This document shows positions 14,788 through 23,823 of a DNA stretch of 64,000 nt, piece after piece. The DNA comes from Thiocapsa sp. (lineage in GTDB: Bacteria; Pseudomonadota; Gammaproteobacteria; Chromatiales; Chromatiaceae). The stretch's first letter is position 1, and each line of letters starts with the position of its first letter. The stretch spans positions 347 through 64,346 of the forward strand of contig NZ_JAABRP010000008.1 of the NCBI RefSeq assembly GCF_011390875.1, in the 5' to 3' direction. The notes under the pieces were generated by a model, which did not search any database, was not told the DNA's origin, and was given only the letters and a program-made list of their open reading frames with translations. The position numbers and the translations under genes were made by a program.

Positions 14788-15843
14788 ATGGACATCAATC
14801 CCTATCTCGAGATGATGATTCGACACAAGGCGTCGGATCTCTTTTTCGTGCCCGGAGCACCGGCCAAGATCAAGATCGAAGGGGTGATCCGGTCGATCGG
14901 CGAGACCCCATTAACGCCGACCTTCTGTCGGGAGGCGATTGCCTCCCTCATCGACGCGGATCAGGAGCGGGAGCTCGCCGAATCGCTTGAGCTCGACTTC
15001 GCCGTCGCCTTGGAGGATCGAGGACGCTTTCGGGTCAACGCCTACCATCAGCGCGGGCACCGCGCGATGGTCCTGCGCTACATCCGCAGCAGCATCCCGA
15101 CGCTGGAGGAGTTGGATCTACCCGCCGTGCTCAGCCGCTTGGTCATGCACAAGCGAGGGATCATCCTGATGGTCGGCGCAACGGGTTCCGGGAAATCGAC
15201 GACGCTCGCAGCGATGATCGGCCATCGCAATCGTACGGCGCCGGGTCACATCATCACCATCGAAGATCCGATCGAGTTCGTGCATCCTCACCAACAATGC
15301 ATTGTCAGCCAACGCGAGCTCGGTCTGGATACCAAGGACTACGCCAGGGCGCTGAAAAGCGCCCTGCGCGAGGCGCCGGATGTCATCCTGATCGGCGAGA
15401 TCCGGACCCGCGAAACCATGGAAGCGGCGATCGAGCTCGCCGGAACGGGTCATTTGGCCATCTCCACACTGCACGCCAACAATGCGTATCAGGCGATGGA
15501 GCGGATCGTCAACATGTTCCCGCAGGAGATGCACAAAACGCTCTTCTCCGATCTCTCCTCCTACATGCGCGCCATCGTGTCCCAACGCTTGGTCCGAACC
15601 ACCACCGGTGCACGCTGTGCGGCTATCGAGATCTTGGTCAACACTCCGCACATCGCCGATCTCATTCGCGACGGGCACATCGAAGCGATCGAGGAGGCCA
15701 TGCAGGGGCACGGCGAGGAAGGTACGGTCACCTTCGACGAGGCGCTGTTGAAGCTTTATCACAAGGGAGCGATCTCGCTGGAAGAGGCGCTCGCCAACGC
15801 GGACTCGGCCCCGAACCTCGAGGCCAAGATCAACTTCGGATGA
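14788..15843 (+). CDS. Second PilT/PilU-family ATPase (PilU-like paralog)
   Basis: Start set at ATG 14788 (MDINPYLEMMIRHKASDLFF). Walker A GATGSGKSTTLAAM. GHLAISTLHANNAYQAMERI resembles PilU rather than the PilT GTLHT/AIRNLIRE signatures. Confidence 0.8.
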   Translation: MDINPYLEMMIRHKASDLFFVPGAPAKIKIEGVIRSIGETPLTPTFCREAIASLIDADQERELAESLELDFAVALEDRGRFRVNAYHQRGHRAMVLRYIRSSIPTLEELDLPAVLSRLVMHKRGIILMVGATGSGKSTTLAAMIGHRNRTAPGHIITIEDPIEFVHPHQQCIVSQRELGLDTKDYARALKSALREAPDVILIGEIRTRETMEAAIELAGTGHLAISTLHANNAYQAMERIVNMFPQEMHKTLFSDLSSYMRAIVSQRLVRTTTGARCAAIEILVNTPHIADLIRDGHIEAIEEAMQGHGEEGTVTFDEALLKLYHKGAISLEEALANADSAPNLEAKINFG

Positions 15844-15874
15844 TGACGGTACTCCCGAACGCGAACGGATCCGA

Positions 15875-18073
15875 TCAGAACTTCATCTGAAGACCACGGA
15901 CCTTGTTGCGGAAATCGCGGGTGACCGTCTCGGCGTCTTGGTCGCTCGCGACCACCTTCGGCGTCAAGACCACGACGAGCTCAGTCCTTCGAGAGACCTT
16001 GGAGCGCTGCCCGAAGAGCGGTCCGGCGAACGGGAGGTTGTAGAGTCCCGGGACGCCTTGATTGCCGTCGCTTCGCTCGTTTTGAATCAGGCCGCCGAGA
16101 ACGACGGCTTGGTTCGAGCGTACCGCCACCGAGCTGGTGATGTTGCGCGTGGAGAATGTCGGTGAGTCGAGCGCCGAGCCGCCGCTGCCGACCGCGTCGA
16201 CCGTGCTCACTTCCTGCTCGATCTCCATCTGCACCAAACCGCCCGGGGTGACCCGCGGCTTGACCGACAGCATGACGCCGGTGGGACGATACTCGATGGT
16301 ATTGACCACGCGATCCGTATTGGTGAGACCCTGCTGCTGGCTGGTTGCGATCGGGACCTCTTTACCGACCTGGATCTTCGCCGTCTGATTGTCCAGGACC
16401 ATCACGGACGGGGACGACAGGACATTGACGAGGTTGTCCTGGGCCAAGGCGCTCAAGGTCGCGCGAATGGTGTCGGGCCGACTGATGACGGCCCAGTTGA
16501 AGCCCGGGAAGCTCAGGCCGACGCTGTTGGCGAGAGAGTCGCCGGAGCCCAAGGTGAACTGGCTGCGCTGGTCCTTGGTCGCGAGTCCGAAGAGGTTCCA
16601 TTGGACCCCGTACTTCAGATTGCCCTCCAGGCTGATCTCCACGATGGTGGCCTCGACGAGGACTTGCAGCGGCAAGATATCCAACTGTTTGAGAGCGTCG
16701 AGGATCTTCTTGTAGTCTCTCGGGCTGGACCTGACCATCAGGGAGTTGTTGGTCGCGTCGGCAACGATACTCACGGGCGAGGAGAGCTCGATCTCGCGGG
16801 ATGAGCTGCGACGCGGTGCCGATTGTCCACCGACGCCTCCGCCGTCCGTGCCGCCGGTACGGTCGCTGTCGCCGGTCGAGCCGATCGAGGAGCCACCCAA
16901 TCCGGGCGCAACGCCGCCGACGGAGGAGGTGCGTTGCGATGCCTCCCCGCCGAAGAGCTGCGAGAGTGTGTCGGCCAAATTCTCGGCGTCGCCGTGTCGC
17001 ACGCGATAGACGAAGAGTCGCTCGGCGGCATCGCCGGTCGCCTCGGCCATGTCGAGGCGTTCGATCCAATTACTTGCCTGCTGCAGATAACTGGCTTGCG
17101 GAGACACCACGAGCACCGCGTTGGCGCTCTCGACCGGGACGAACCTGAATACACCCTTAAGCGGGTTGCTGCCTTCTTCGCCCAACAGGGTCTGAAGCTG
17201 GGTCACCACCTCGTTGGCCTTGGCGTACTCAAGGGCGAAGAAACCGACCGATAGCCCCGCCATCCAATCCACGTCGAAGACGCGGATGGTATCGAGCAGA
17301 TTGCCCATGTCGGGACTCGTGCCGGCAATGACCACCAGATTGCGGAGGTTGTCGACGCGAATCACGCTCCCCTCCGGCGCCAAAGGCTGGAGGATGTTGC
17401 TCATCTCCTCCGCACCGATGTATTGCAGGGGCACAACCTGGACGCTGTAGCCCTCCGGGAGGGCCCGACCCGACTCGCCGAGCTGGGGAACGACACGACC
17501 CTGAACGGCATTCGCCAGCGGGACCACCTCGTAGGTGCCGCCCGAGTAGACGATGGCGGCGTTGTTCATCCGCAGCAGTGTTTCGAGGGTCGGGATCAGA
17601 TGGTCGCGACGCAGCGGGCGCCCGGTCTGCAGCGACGTGACGCCCTGCACCGCGGGATGCAGGACATAGTTCACCTGCAGAAGGTCGCCGAGGATGACCT
17701 TGACGACCTCACGGATATCCGTCCCGTCGAAGTTCAGGGTGACGTCGCCCGGGGTGGTGTCGACGCTGGGCGGCGAAATCTCGCGAACGAAGGTTCCGGT
17801 TCCGCGCTGGAGTGACTCGACGGCCGGACCGGGTTCGTCGTCTCCTGCCAGAGCGATGGAGGTTGCGTCGGATCCCGCCCCGGACGTAATACCGCGTGTT
17901 CCGCCCTGCAGCGCACGGGTTCCGTCTTCCCCCATATCGTCGACCCGCACGGTCGGATCCCAGTAGGCACGCTCACATGCCGATGACATGACGGCAAGGA
18001 TCAAAAGGACCGAGAGTCGTTGCAGCTTGGCGGCCAACGGCCGGCCTCTGCGGCGATGGGGCTTTGAATCCAT
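15875..18073 (-). CDS. gspD: Type II secretion system secretin GspD (Xps-type, lipoprotein-like signal)
   Basis: C-terminal secretin domain (VPGLYNLPFAGPLFGQRSKVSRRTELVVVLTPKVV) with N0-N3-like domains upstream. Start uncertain: ATG 18073 gives a signal peptide ending LLILAVMSSAC, ATG 18136 forms an ATGA overlap with the upstream gene, and the ORF is open to 18301. Confidence 0.85.
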   Translation of the reverse strand: MDSKPHRRRGRPLAAKLQRLSVLLILAVMSSACERAYWDPTVRVDDMGEDGTRALQGGTRGITSGAGSDATSIALAGDDEPGPAVESLQRGTGTFVREISPPSVDTTPGDVTLNFDGTDIREVVKVILGDLLQVNYVLHPAVQGVTSLQTGRPLRRDHLIPTLETLLRMNNAAIVYSGGTYEVVPLANAVQGRVVPQLGESGRALPEGYSVQVVPLQYIGAEEMSNILQPLAPEGSVIRVDNLRNLVVIAGTSPDMGNLLDTIRVFDVDWMAGLSVGFFALEYAKANEVVTQLQTLLGEEGSNPLKGVFRFVPVESANAVLVVSPQASYLQQASNWIERLDMAEATGDAAERLFVYRVRHGDAENLADTLSQLFGGEASQRTSSVGGVAPGLGGSSIGSTGDSDRTGGTDGGGVGGQSAPRRSSSREIELSSPVSIVADATNNSLMVRSSPRDYKKILDALKQLDILPLQVLVEATIVEISLEGNLKYGVQWNLFGLATKDQRSQFTLGSGDSLANSVGLSFPGFNWAVISRPDTIRATLSALAQDNLVNVLSSPSVMVLDNQTAKIQVGKEVPIATSQQQGLTNTDRVVNTIEYRPTGVMLSVKPRVTPGGLVQMEIEQEVSTVDAVGSGGSALDSPTFSTRNITSSVAVRSNQAVVLGGLIQNERSDGNQGVPGLYNLPFAGPLFGQRSKVSRRTELVVVLTPKVVASDQDAETVTRDFRNKVRGLQMKF

Positions 18074-18132
18074 CGAGGCGTTGGTCGAGTCTTCTCGGCC
18101 CGGCAGGCCGATGAAATCAGATTTCCTGGAGA

Positions 18133-18708
18133 TCATTGGTCCGGGGGATCCGCGGGTTGAAGCACCCGGGGCGGGCGCCGCGGGACCGGCATCGGGGCAG
18201 CCGGACTGGGTGTTTTTCCATAATCGCGCAATATTAGCGCATCCTGCTCGCCTTGTCGCTCCAGCAGGACGCGATCCGGAAGGATGGTCTGGACGGACCA
18301 TCCCTCCAGATCATCGCCGATGCGCAGACGCCTGAGTCTCGGCTCGTTCGGATCCTGAATCCAGGCCGAGACCAGTGTCGGGGTGATGATGACTGCACTC
18401 AGATTCATGCCCTCGAGCGATGTGGCGACATCCGGCTCGGCGGTGGCTTGCGCGTCCGGATCGACATCCTCTTCGGGTCGACGCTCGGGACGAAAGAGTG
18501 GGCGGTCGGTCACGCTCGTGTAGGCATCTTTTGGATCCGGGGGCGGCAACTGCGTTGCGGCGTCCGTCTCGCTCCCGACGAGTGTATTCGGTGCCGCCGG
18601 AGAGTCCGCATCGAGGCCCGCGGGCGACGGGCCGGGCGGCCAATCCTTCCACTGAAAAAAGAGCATCGACCCCAGTGCAAGCAGCACGAATCCGGGGAGC
18701 CACTTCAT
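18133..18708 (-). CDS. GspC/GspN(XpsN)-like inner-membrane T2SS component
   Basis: 191 aa with an N-terminal TM (MKWLPGFVLLALGSMLFF) and a Pro-rich linker. PilP/GspC HR-like beta segment (SAWIQDPNEPRLRRLRIGDDLEGWSVQTILPDRVLLER). No PDZ-like region seen. Lies directly upstream of the secretin. Confidence 0.55.
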   Translation of the reverse strand: MKWLPGFVLLALGSMLFFQWKDWPPGPSPAGLDADSPAAPNTLVGSETDAATQLPPPDPKDAYTSVTDRPLFRPERRPEEDVDPDAQATAEPDVATSLEGMNLSAVIITPTLVSAWIQDPNEPRLRRLRIGDDLEGWSVQTILPDRVLLERQGEQDALILRDYGKTPSPAAPMPVPRRPPRVLQPADPPDQ

Positions 18709-19322
18709 TGAGTGTCACCTCCCAGGGTGAAGCCGAAGATATCGAGCCTCACCGTCAACTCACCGGCCGGATTAACAGGCGGGCGGCGAATCATGCGGCC
18801 TCTCGGGGCGGACACCGGCTGCTGAGGACGCGCGGAAGAGCGCACCGAGACCTGATCGACGAACAGAAATGGACGGGCTTGCTCGATGTCGTAGAGGACA
18901 TCGAGAAGGGTCTCGGTCGAACCTTGGATTTGCGTGCGTACACGCACCCGAGGCGGACTCTCCTCGGGCGGTCCGGGCAAGATTTGGGTGCTGATCAGGC
19001 GACCGCTCGCCGCGGTGACGATGTCCTGCACTTGACGCTGAAGCTCGGCACCCGCCAAGGCCGCCGTCGGTGCATCGAAATAAAACGCCTTGAAGCTCTC
19101 GTTGGCGCGGACGCGTTCAAGCTCTGCACGCAGCTCGGGTAGGGTTTGTATGAGGCGCCGGTAACGCACGAGTTGATCTTCGCTATCGACAATCCGGGTT
19201 GAAAGCGCACCGAGCTCGCTGGTCCATGCGATCGCCAAGCCACCGATCACCAGAAGGGGAAACGACACAAGCAGGACCCAAGTCAGAACGCAGACGATAA
19301 CCGGACGCGATTGGGCCTTCAT
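18705..19322 (-). CDS. gspM: T2SS protein GspM-like
   Basis: 205 aa with a single N-terminal TM and a coiled coil. ATGA overlap with gspL. Called from position in the gspL-M order and topology, not from a strong motif. Confidence 0.6.
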   Translation of the reverse strand: MKAQSRPVIVCVLTWVLLVSFPLLVIGGLAIAWTSELGALSTRIVDSEDQLVRYRRLIQTLPELRAELERVRANESFKAFYFDAPTAALAGAELQRQVQDIVTAASGRLISTQILPGPPEESPPRVRVRTQIQGSTETLLDVLYDIEQARPFLFVDQVSVRSSARPQQPVSAPRGRMIRRPPVNPAGELTVRLDIFGFTLGGDTQ

Positions 19323-20416
19323 TCTTCGCTCGCACGCGTGAACTGCAGTGAAACATTAAATCGCTCCTTACCGGTCTGCGGGACCTGCGTCACGGGCGAG
19401 CGAAACGACACGTCGTCGATGCCGGGTGCCTGCTCGAGCAGCGCGATCAAAGCGGTCGCTTGTCCGGATTCGCCCCGCAGCTCGACCTGCCCGTTGTTGT
19501 AGTCGAGGGTCTGAATCCAGGTGTCGTCCGGGATACGGTCGCTCAGCTCGCGCAGCAAGACAAGGATGTTGGGCTCATCGCGTTTCTGTTGAAGGACCGC
19601 GGTACTCCCGAGTCGGGCCCGCTCGAGCTCCTGGCGCAGGTCGTCGACCGCGACCGCTTCAACCCGTGCCTGGCGAACCTCGACGTCGAGGGCGTCGGCA
19701 ATCCGTTTCTGCTGCCACAGCGGTCCAATCAGGACAACGGCGATCAGCACCGCTATCGCGGCCCAGAGCAGTTTGTCGACACTGAAGAGGTCGAGACGGC
19801 GCTTCGGGCGCTCCGCCGGCGGCAAAAGGTTGGCCGACGGCCAAGCCCCTTCCCAGGCAATCCGATCGATCGGTGCCCCGGCATCGCGCATGCGCTTGAC
19901 CCAAGCCGCCGCAAGATCGCGGCGGCACAAGGCCAGCTCGACCCTGAGGCGCGGGGCACCTTTCGGGCCGGGTTTGGCGAGGAAATCGTAGAGGACGTCG
20001 CCTGCTTGGAACGGCGAGAGGCGATCGAGCTCGAAGCGAATCACCTGAGGAAGATTCGCCCGGACCTGGGACGGCAGCGAAACGCTGCGGGTCAGGATGT
20101 CCTCGGGCGGCATCATCAAGACGCGCGTCGGGGAGCGTTCGGGTCCGGATCGTGCGATCTCGGGGAGAGGAATCGCCGTATCGAGCCCGAGCTCACCGAC
20201 CGGCTCACGCTCCTCGCCCGTCATCAGGAAAAGATGCGCGGTCGATGCCTCGGGCTCGATGATCAAACGGCGGTCGCGGCGCGCGAGAAAACGCCGAACC
20301 GGTATCGGCAGACAGACCCCGAGCGAGCGCCTGACGATGCGGTAGACATCGTCGAGACCTGCCGCGGGGCCGCTCGGGAGCTGCCCGAGGAGTTTGAGTC
20401 GATCACTGAGGGACAT
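19319..20416 (-). CDS. gspL: T2SS protein GspL-like (PilM/PilN-type architecture)
   Basis: Cytoplasmic domain, one TM (LLWAAIAVLIAVVLIGPLW), a coiled coil, then a PilN-like periplasmic domain (TWIQTLDYNNGQVELRGESGQATALIALLEQ). Start uncertain: ATG 20416, or 20578 which would overlap gspK. Confidence 0.6.
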   Translation of the reverse strand: MSLSDRLKLLGQLPSGPAAGLDDVYRIVRRSLGVCLPIPVRRFLARRDRRLIIEPEASTAHLFLMTGEEREPVGELGLDTAIPLPEIARSGPERSPTRVLMMPPEDILTRSVSLPSQVRANLPQVIRFELDRLSPFQAGDVLYDFLAKPGPKGAPRLRVELALCRRDLAAAWVKRMRDAGAPIDRIAWEGAWPSANLLPPAERPKRRLDLFSVDKLLWAAIAVLIAVVLIGPLWQQKRIADALDVEVRQARVEAVAVDDLRQELERARLGSTAVLQQKRDEPNILVLLRELSDRIPDDTWIQTLDYNNGQVELRGESGQATALIALLEQAPGIDDVSFRSPVTQVPQTGKERFNVSLQFTRASEE

Positions 20417-20522
20417 GAGTGCCAGCCGGAATGGGTTTGTCGATCCGTGTCGGATGCCGCACGCCTGCGCTCGCGACCAGCCGACCCCTTGAGTGTACGT
20501 CCACCCGTCGCCGAGACGCCAG

Positions 20523-21458
20523 TCAACCGGCGTCGGCTTCGCGGTCGATCGCCGGCGACGGCGCACCGTGCAGGCCAAAACGACGCCAGCGCACCTGATA
20601 AGGCGGCTGCTGTCCGGGGGTTGCCTCGATCAGCGCTTCCATGCGTCGCCCGCCACCGCCGGGACCGGTCTCCGCGACATCGATCCGGTAGAGGGGGCCT
20701 GCTCGATCGACGACCCGGGGCCCGCTGCTGTCCTCGAACAGAGGCGAATCGCGCTGCACTACGCGAAGCTGTGCGTCTTCAAACGGAATACCCTGGGTCG
20801 CGGCGATGGCCGCCGCGGAGGCGAAACGTTCGTCGAATCCGGCGCCATCGACATCGACACTGACCTCGGCGGCCAAGCGCGAGTAGATTTCGGGGGTCAT
20901 CCCGAGAACCTGCATCAACTCCTCGACGGCCACGAAGGGCGCGTCCTTTGCCCCGAGGGTGAGGCCGACATCTTGGTAGTCGCGATCCTCCGCACCGTTC
21001 AGGAGCGACAGATCGTCCTCGTCGCGCCAATCGACGATCGCTGCAGCGAGCGACGTCGCCGGATCCTCCTCCATGCCGAGCGTCACGAGGAGTGCCGAGA
21101 GCAGCTCCGGCGGCGCCTGGTTCAGATCGATTCGCGACCCCTCGTTGAAGACCCGGATCGCCAGATCGACCCCGCCGAACCGCCAAGGCACGGCCACCCC
21201 GTTGGGCAACCACACGGACACGTCCGGATCGGTCGCATCGGGTGGAGGCATCGCAAAGACCAGGACCGTAAAGGCGATGGCGGCATCGGCGGCGGCCCGA
21301 AAGCGTGCGCCCGAGACGTGATTGTCGCTCAGCGCCGTCTCGGTGCGCTGCGCCGCAGTCAGGCCGACGGCCATGACGGTGAGCAGGGTCAGCACCCAGA
21401 GCACCAGGACCAAGGCGATGCCCCGCTGATGCCGGGCGATCGGGCGCAACCCGCTCAA
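20523..21458 (-). CDS. gspK: T2SS minor pseudopilin GspK
   Basis: QRGIALVLVLWVLTLLTVMAVG N-terminal segment typical of GspK. The likely start TTG 21458 overlaps the gspJ stop as TTGA. The ORF stays open to ATG 21560, inside gspJ. Confidence 0.7.
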   Translation of the reverse strand: MSGLRPIARHQRGIALVLVLWVLTLLTVMAVGLTAAQRTETALSDNHVSGARFRAAADAAIAFTVLVFAMPPPDATDPDVSVWLPNGVAVPWRFGGVDLAIRVFNEGSRIDLNQAPPELLSALLVTLGMEEDPATSLAAAIVDWRDEDDLSLLNGAEDRDYQDVGLTLGAKDAPFVAVEELMQVLGMTPEIYSRLAAEVSVDVDGAGFDERFASAAAIAATQGIPFEDAQLRVVQRDSPLFEDSSGPRVVDRAGPLYRIDVAETGPGGGGRRMEALIEATPGQQPPYQVRWRRFGLHGAPSPAIDREADAG

Positions 21459-22345
21459 AAGAGGCGCACCGGTAGGCTGACCAGCAGGTCCGGCCAGGAT
21501 TGCACGGGCGTGGCCATTCGGATCTGCAATAGAGTCGGCATCGTCGATTGTCCGATCCACTCCTCATGCCAATCGGGTTCGATCTCCCCATCGGCGGTTC
21601 CGAAATACGCGATCTGAAACTCGGCGACACGGTCCAGGAGCAGGGTGCGGCCGAAAGCCCCGGCCGCGGCGTCCATGTCGAGCGGGGTCGAGTCCAGCGC
21701 GAAGCCCGAGTCGGCATCCAACGGCTCCCAGGTCGGGATCTCGTCGGTTCCCTCAAGCACCTCCGGATGAACCAGCCAGCGCGTCAGGACCAGACTCACG
21801 TCCTGACCGATCGGGACAAGCCCGAGACGCAGGATGTAGAGCCCGGGCACGCCGACCTGCGCGGAGAGCGGTGCGACGAACTCCAAACGCTCGCTGTCGC
21901 CACCGAAGACGCTGATCATCTCGGCGTCGAGCGTCAAGGTCGTCGCCCGCGCCTGACTCAGGGTCGACATCAAGAAATCGCGCGCAACCCGGACCTCGGA
22001 GACCCGCTCGGAGGTCGCATCCACCCCCTCCCAAGCTCGCGAGCCTAGGCTCAAGCCCGAGAAGAGCATGAGCGTGATAAGACTCACGATCGCCAGAGCG
22101 ATGAGCAGCTCGATCAGGGTAAAGCCCCTGGCGTTGCACAACCGACGCCGGACTCTCGTTGCAGGGGTGCTCGACCAAGCCGCGGCGAAGACAGCGATCC
22201 GACAGGGGCTCGTCTTTTCCGGGACACCGGTGCGACCGGTGCCGACACGTCCAAAATCACTCGGACGCATACTCCTGAACCGCGTCTGCTGCGACGATCG
22301 TTGACTCATACCAGGCCGATCACGATTGAAAACGCTCCATGGCAT
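21455..22345 (-). CDS. gspJ: T2SS minor pseudopilin GspJ (ORF limits; mature-type start probably TTG 22141)
   Basis: Prepilin motif RGFTLIELLIALAIVSLITLML lies 70 codons into the ORF. TTG 22141 would give a normal short leader (MCNARG|FTLIEL) and a 228-aa product. Confidence 0.7.
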   Translation of the reverse strand: MPWSVFNRDRPGMSQRSSQQTRFRSMRPSDFGRVGTGRTGVPEKTSPCRIAVFAAAWSSTPATRVRRRLCNARGFTLIELLIALAIVSLITLMLFSGLSLGSRAWEGVDATSERVSEVRVARDFLMSTLSQARATTLTLDAEMISVFGGDSERLEFVAPLSAQVGVPGLYILRLGLVPIGQDVSLVLTRWLVHPEVLEGTDEIPTWEPLDADSGFALDSTPLDMDAAAGAFGRTLLLDRVAEFQIAYFGTADGEIEPDWHEEWIGQSTMPTLLQIRMATPVQSWPDLLVSLPVRLF

Positions 22346-22357
22346 GGCGGGCGCGGT

Positions 22358-22780
22358 TCAGAACCGCTCCCCGAGGCGCAAGGTCGAAAGCGTTAGGCTG
22401 CGGACCTGGCTCCCGTCCTGCCACAGTGCGGTGGCGTTGACACGGTAGGGCGTGGCCGGTGGCTCTGCGCCGAACTCCTCGCCGAGTGTGACCGGGAGGA
22501 TCGTCATCTCCCACGCAATGCCGCCCTCGGGATCGCCCGAAATGGCGCCTTCCTCCAAGGGGATCGCGGTGCCCACTGCATTGAGCTTGGACTCGGCCAG
22601 TGACGCGGCACGGCTGTATTGGGACGACACCAGGGTGGCCCGCGAGGCTTGCGAAAAGATCTGCATCAGCACCCCGAGCGACACGGAGAGGATGGCGAAG
22701 GCGACCAAGACTTCGAGAAGCGAAAAGCCGGACTGAGGCCTTCTTCTTTGATGTCGCAGGATCTTCAACGTGCACTCCAA
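22358..22780 (-). CDS. gspI: T2SS minor pseudopilin GspI
   Basis: Prepilin motif QSGFSLLEVLVAFAILSVSLGVL. Small size (140 aa) and position between gspH and gspJ. Confidence 0.75.
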   Translation of the reverse strand: MECTLKILRHQRRRPQSGFSLLEVLVAFAILSVSLGVLMQIFSQASRATLVSSQYSRAASLAESKLNAVGTAIPLEEGAISGDPEGGIAWEMTILPVTLGEEFGAEPPATPYRVNATALWQDGSQVRSLTLSTLRLGERF

Positions 22781-23235
22781 GGCGCCATGCGGATGCGCCC
22801 CGTCAACCAGACGACTCCGATCTGGTAGCCGGATTCGTCGCTCGCCAGGATGATGCGGCCCCCGGTGGAGCTCCCGTCGGGAAAGAACCGGATCGCCCCG
22901 CGCTGTTCGTCGAGCATCTCGCGATCGGCGGCCTCGAGCGTGACATCCAGACGTTTCGGAAGCGTCAAGCTGCGGTGTCCCTGAAGCTCGAGACGGTGTT
23001 GCTCCACGTCCACCACCAAGGCGACCTCGGTCCCCTGACGAATGGCAAGCTCGCGCGCAAGGCGAAGGCTGCTGACCGTTCTGCGCGCGGCGGCCTTCAT
23101 CTCCACGCCCGGCATCGCCGCCGAGAACAGCGGCGGCACGGCCGACATGGCCAGAGCGGCGATCGCCAGGACCACGAGCAGCTCCACGAGGGTAAAGCCG
23201 CCGCGGCGCCAGCGCCGGGCCGAAGGGCTCTTCAC
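22765..23235 (-). CDS. gspH: T2SS minor pseudopilin GspH
   Basis: Leader MKSPSARRWRRG followed by GFTLVELLVVLAIAALAMSAV. 156 aa, located after gspG. Confidence 0.72.
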   Translation of the reverse strand: MKSPSARRWRRGGFTLVELLVVLAIAALAMSAVPPLFSAAMPGVEMKAAARRTVSSLRLARELAIRQGTEVALVVDVEQHRLELQGHRSLTLPKRLDVTLEAADREMLDEQRGAIRFFPDGSSTGGRIILASDESGYQIGVVWLTGRIRMAPWSAR

Positions 23236-23269
23236 CGCGTCTTCGCCGAGCGCCGATGTGGTGCCGAGA

Positions 23270-23722
23270 TCAATCCCAACTGCGGAGGTCCGCGTTCTCG
23301 CCTTCGCCGCCCTCGCGGTTGTCCGCGCCGAGCGTCCAGATGTCGAAGGCTCCGTTCTCCCCCGGGAAACGGTACTGATAGTCGAAGCCCCAAGGGTCTT
23401 TCGGAACGTCGCCCTTTCTCAGATACGGACCGTTCCAGCTCTGGATGTTGGCGGGGCGCTCCACGAGGGCCTGCAGACCCTCGGACTGGGTCGGATAGCG
23501 CCCGACCTCCAAGCGGTACATATCCAGAGTCGCGGCAAGGTTTTCGATCTGGAGCTTGGCCGTCTTGCTCTTGGATGAGCCGAGGAAGCTCATGACCTGG
23601 GGACCGACGAGCCCCGCCAACAGACCGAGGATCGCGAGGACCACGAGCAGCTCGACGAGCGTGAAACCGCGAAGACGCCTTGATGAATTCAGGGGTTGAT
23701 TCAGGGATTGATTCAGGTGCAT
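23270..23722 (-). CDS. gspG: T2SS major pseudopilin GspG
   Basis: RGFTLVELLVVLAILGLLAGLVGPQV plus the conserved GspG core (WNGPYL...DPWG..Y.Y..PG..G.FD..TLGADN.EGGEG.NADL.SW). Start taken at ATG 23722, giving a 19-aa leader. Confidence 0.9.
   Translation of the reverse strand: MHLNQSLNQPLNSSRRLRGFTLVELLVVLAILGLLAGLVGPQVMSFLGSSKSKTAKLQIENLAATLDMYRLEVGRYPTQSEGLQALVERPANIQSWNGPYLRKGDVPKDPWGFDYQYRFPGENGAFDIWTLGADNREGGEGENADLRSWD
23687..23719 (-). repeat. About 2.7 tandem copies of a 12-nt unit inside the gspG leader-peptide coding region
   Basis: Plus strand reads attcaggggttg / attcagggattg / attcaggtg. On the coding strand this encodes LNQS-LNQP-LNSS directly before the RRLRG|F cleavage motif. 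Confidence 0.7.
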
Positions 23723-23823
23723 AGGTAGGCTCGGATGACTTTGAATGTTTGTGGTCATTGTAGGGGGCGGATCGTGCAGGGCCAAGGCGATCGGCACGCG
23801 CGCAGGGCCGATGGCCGAGCGGG

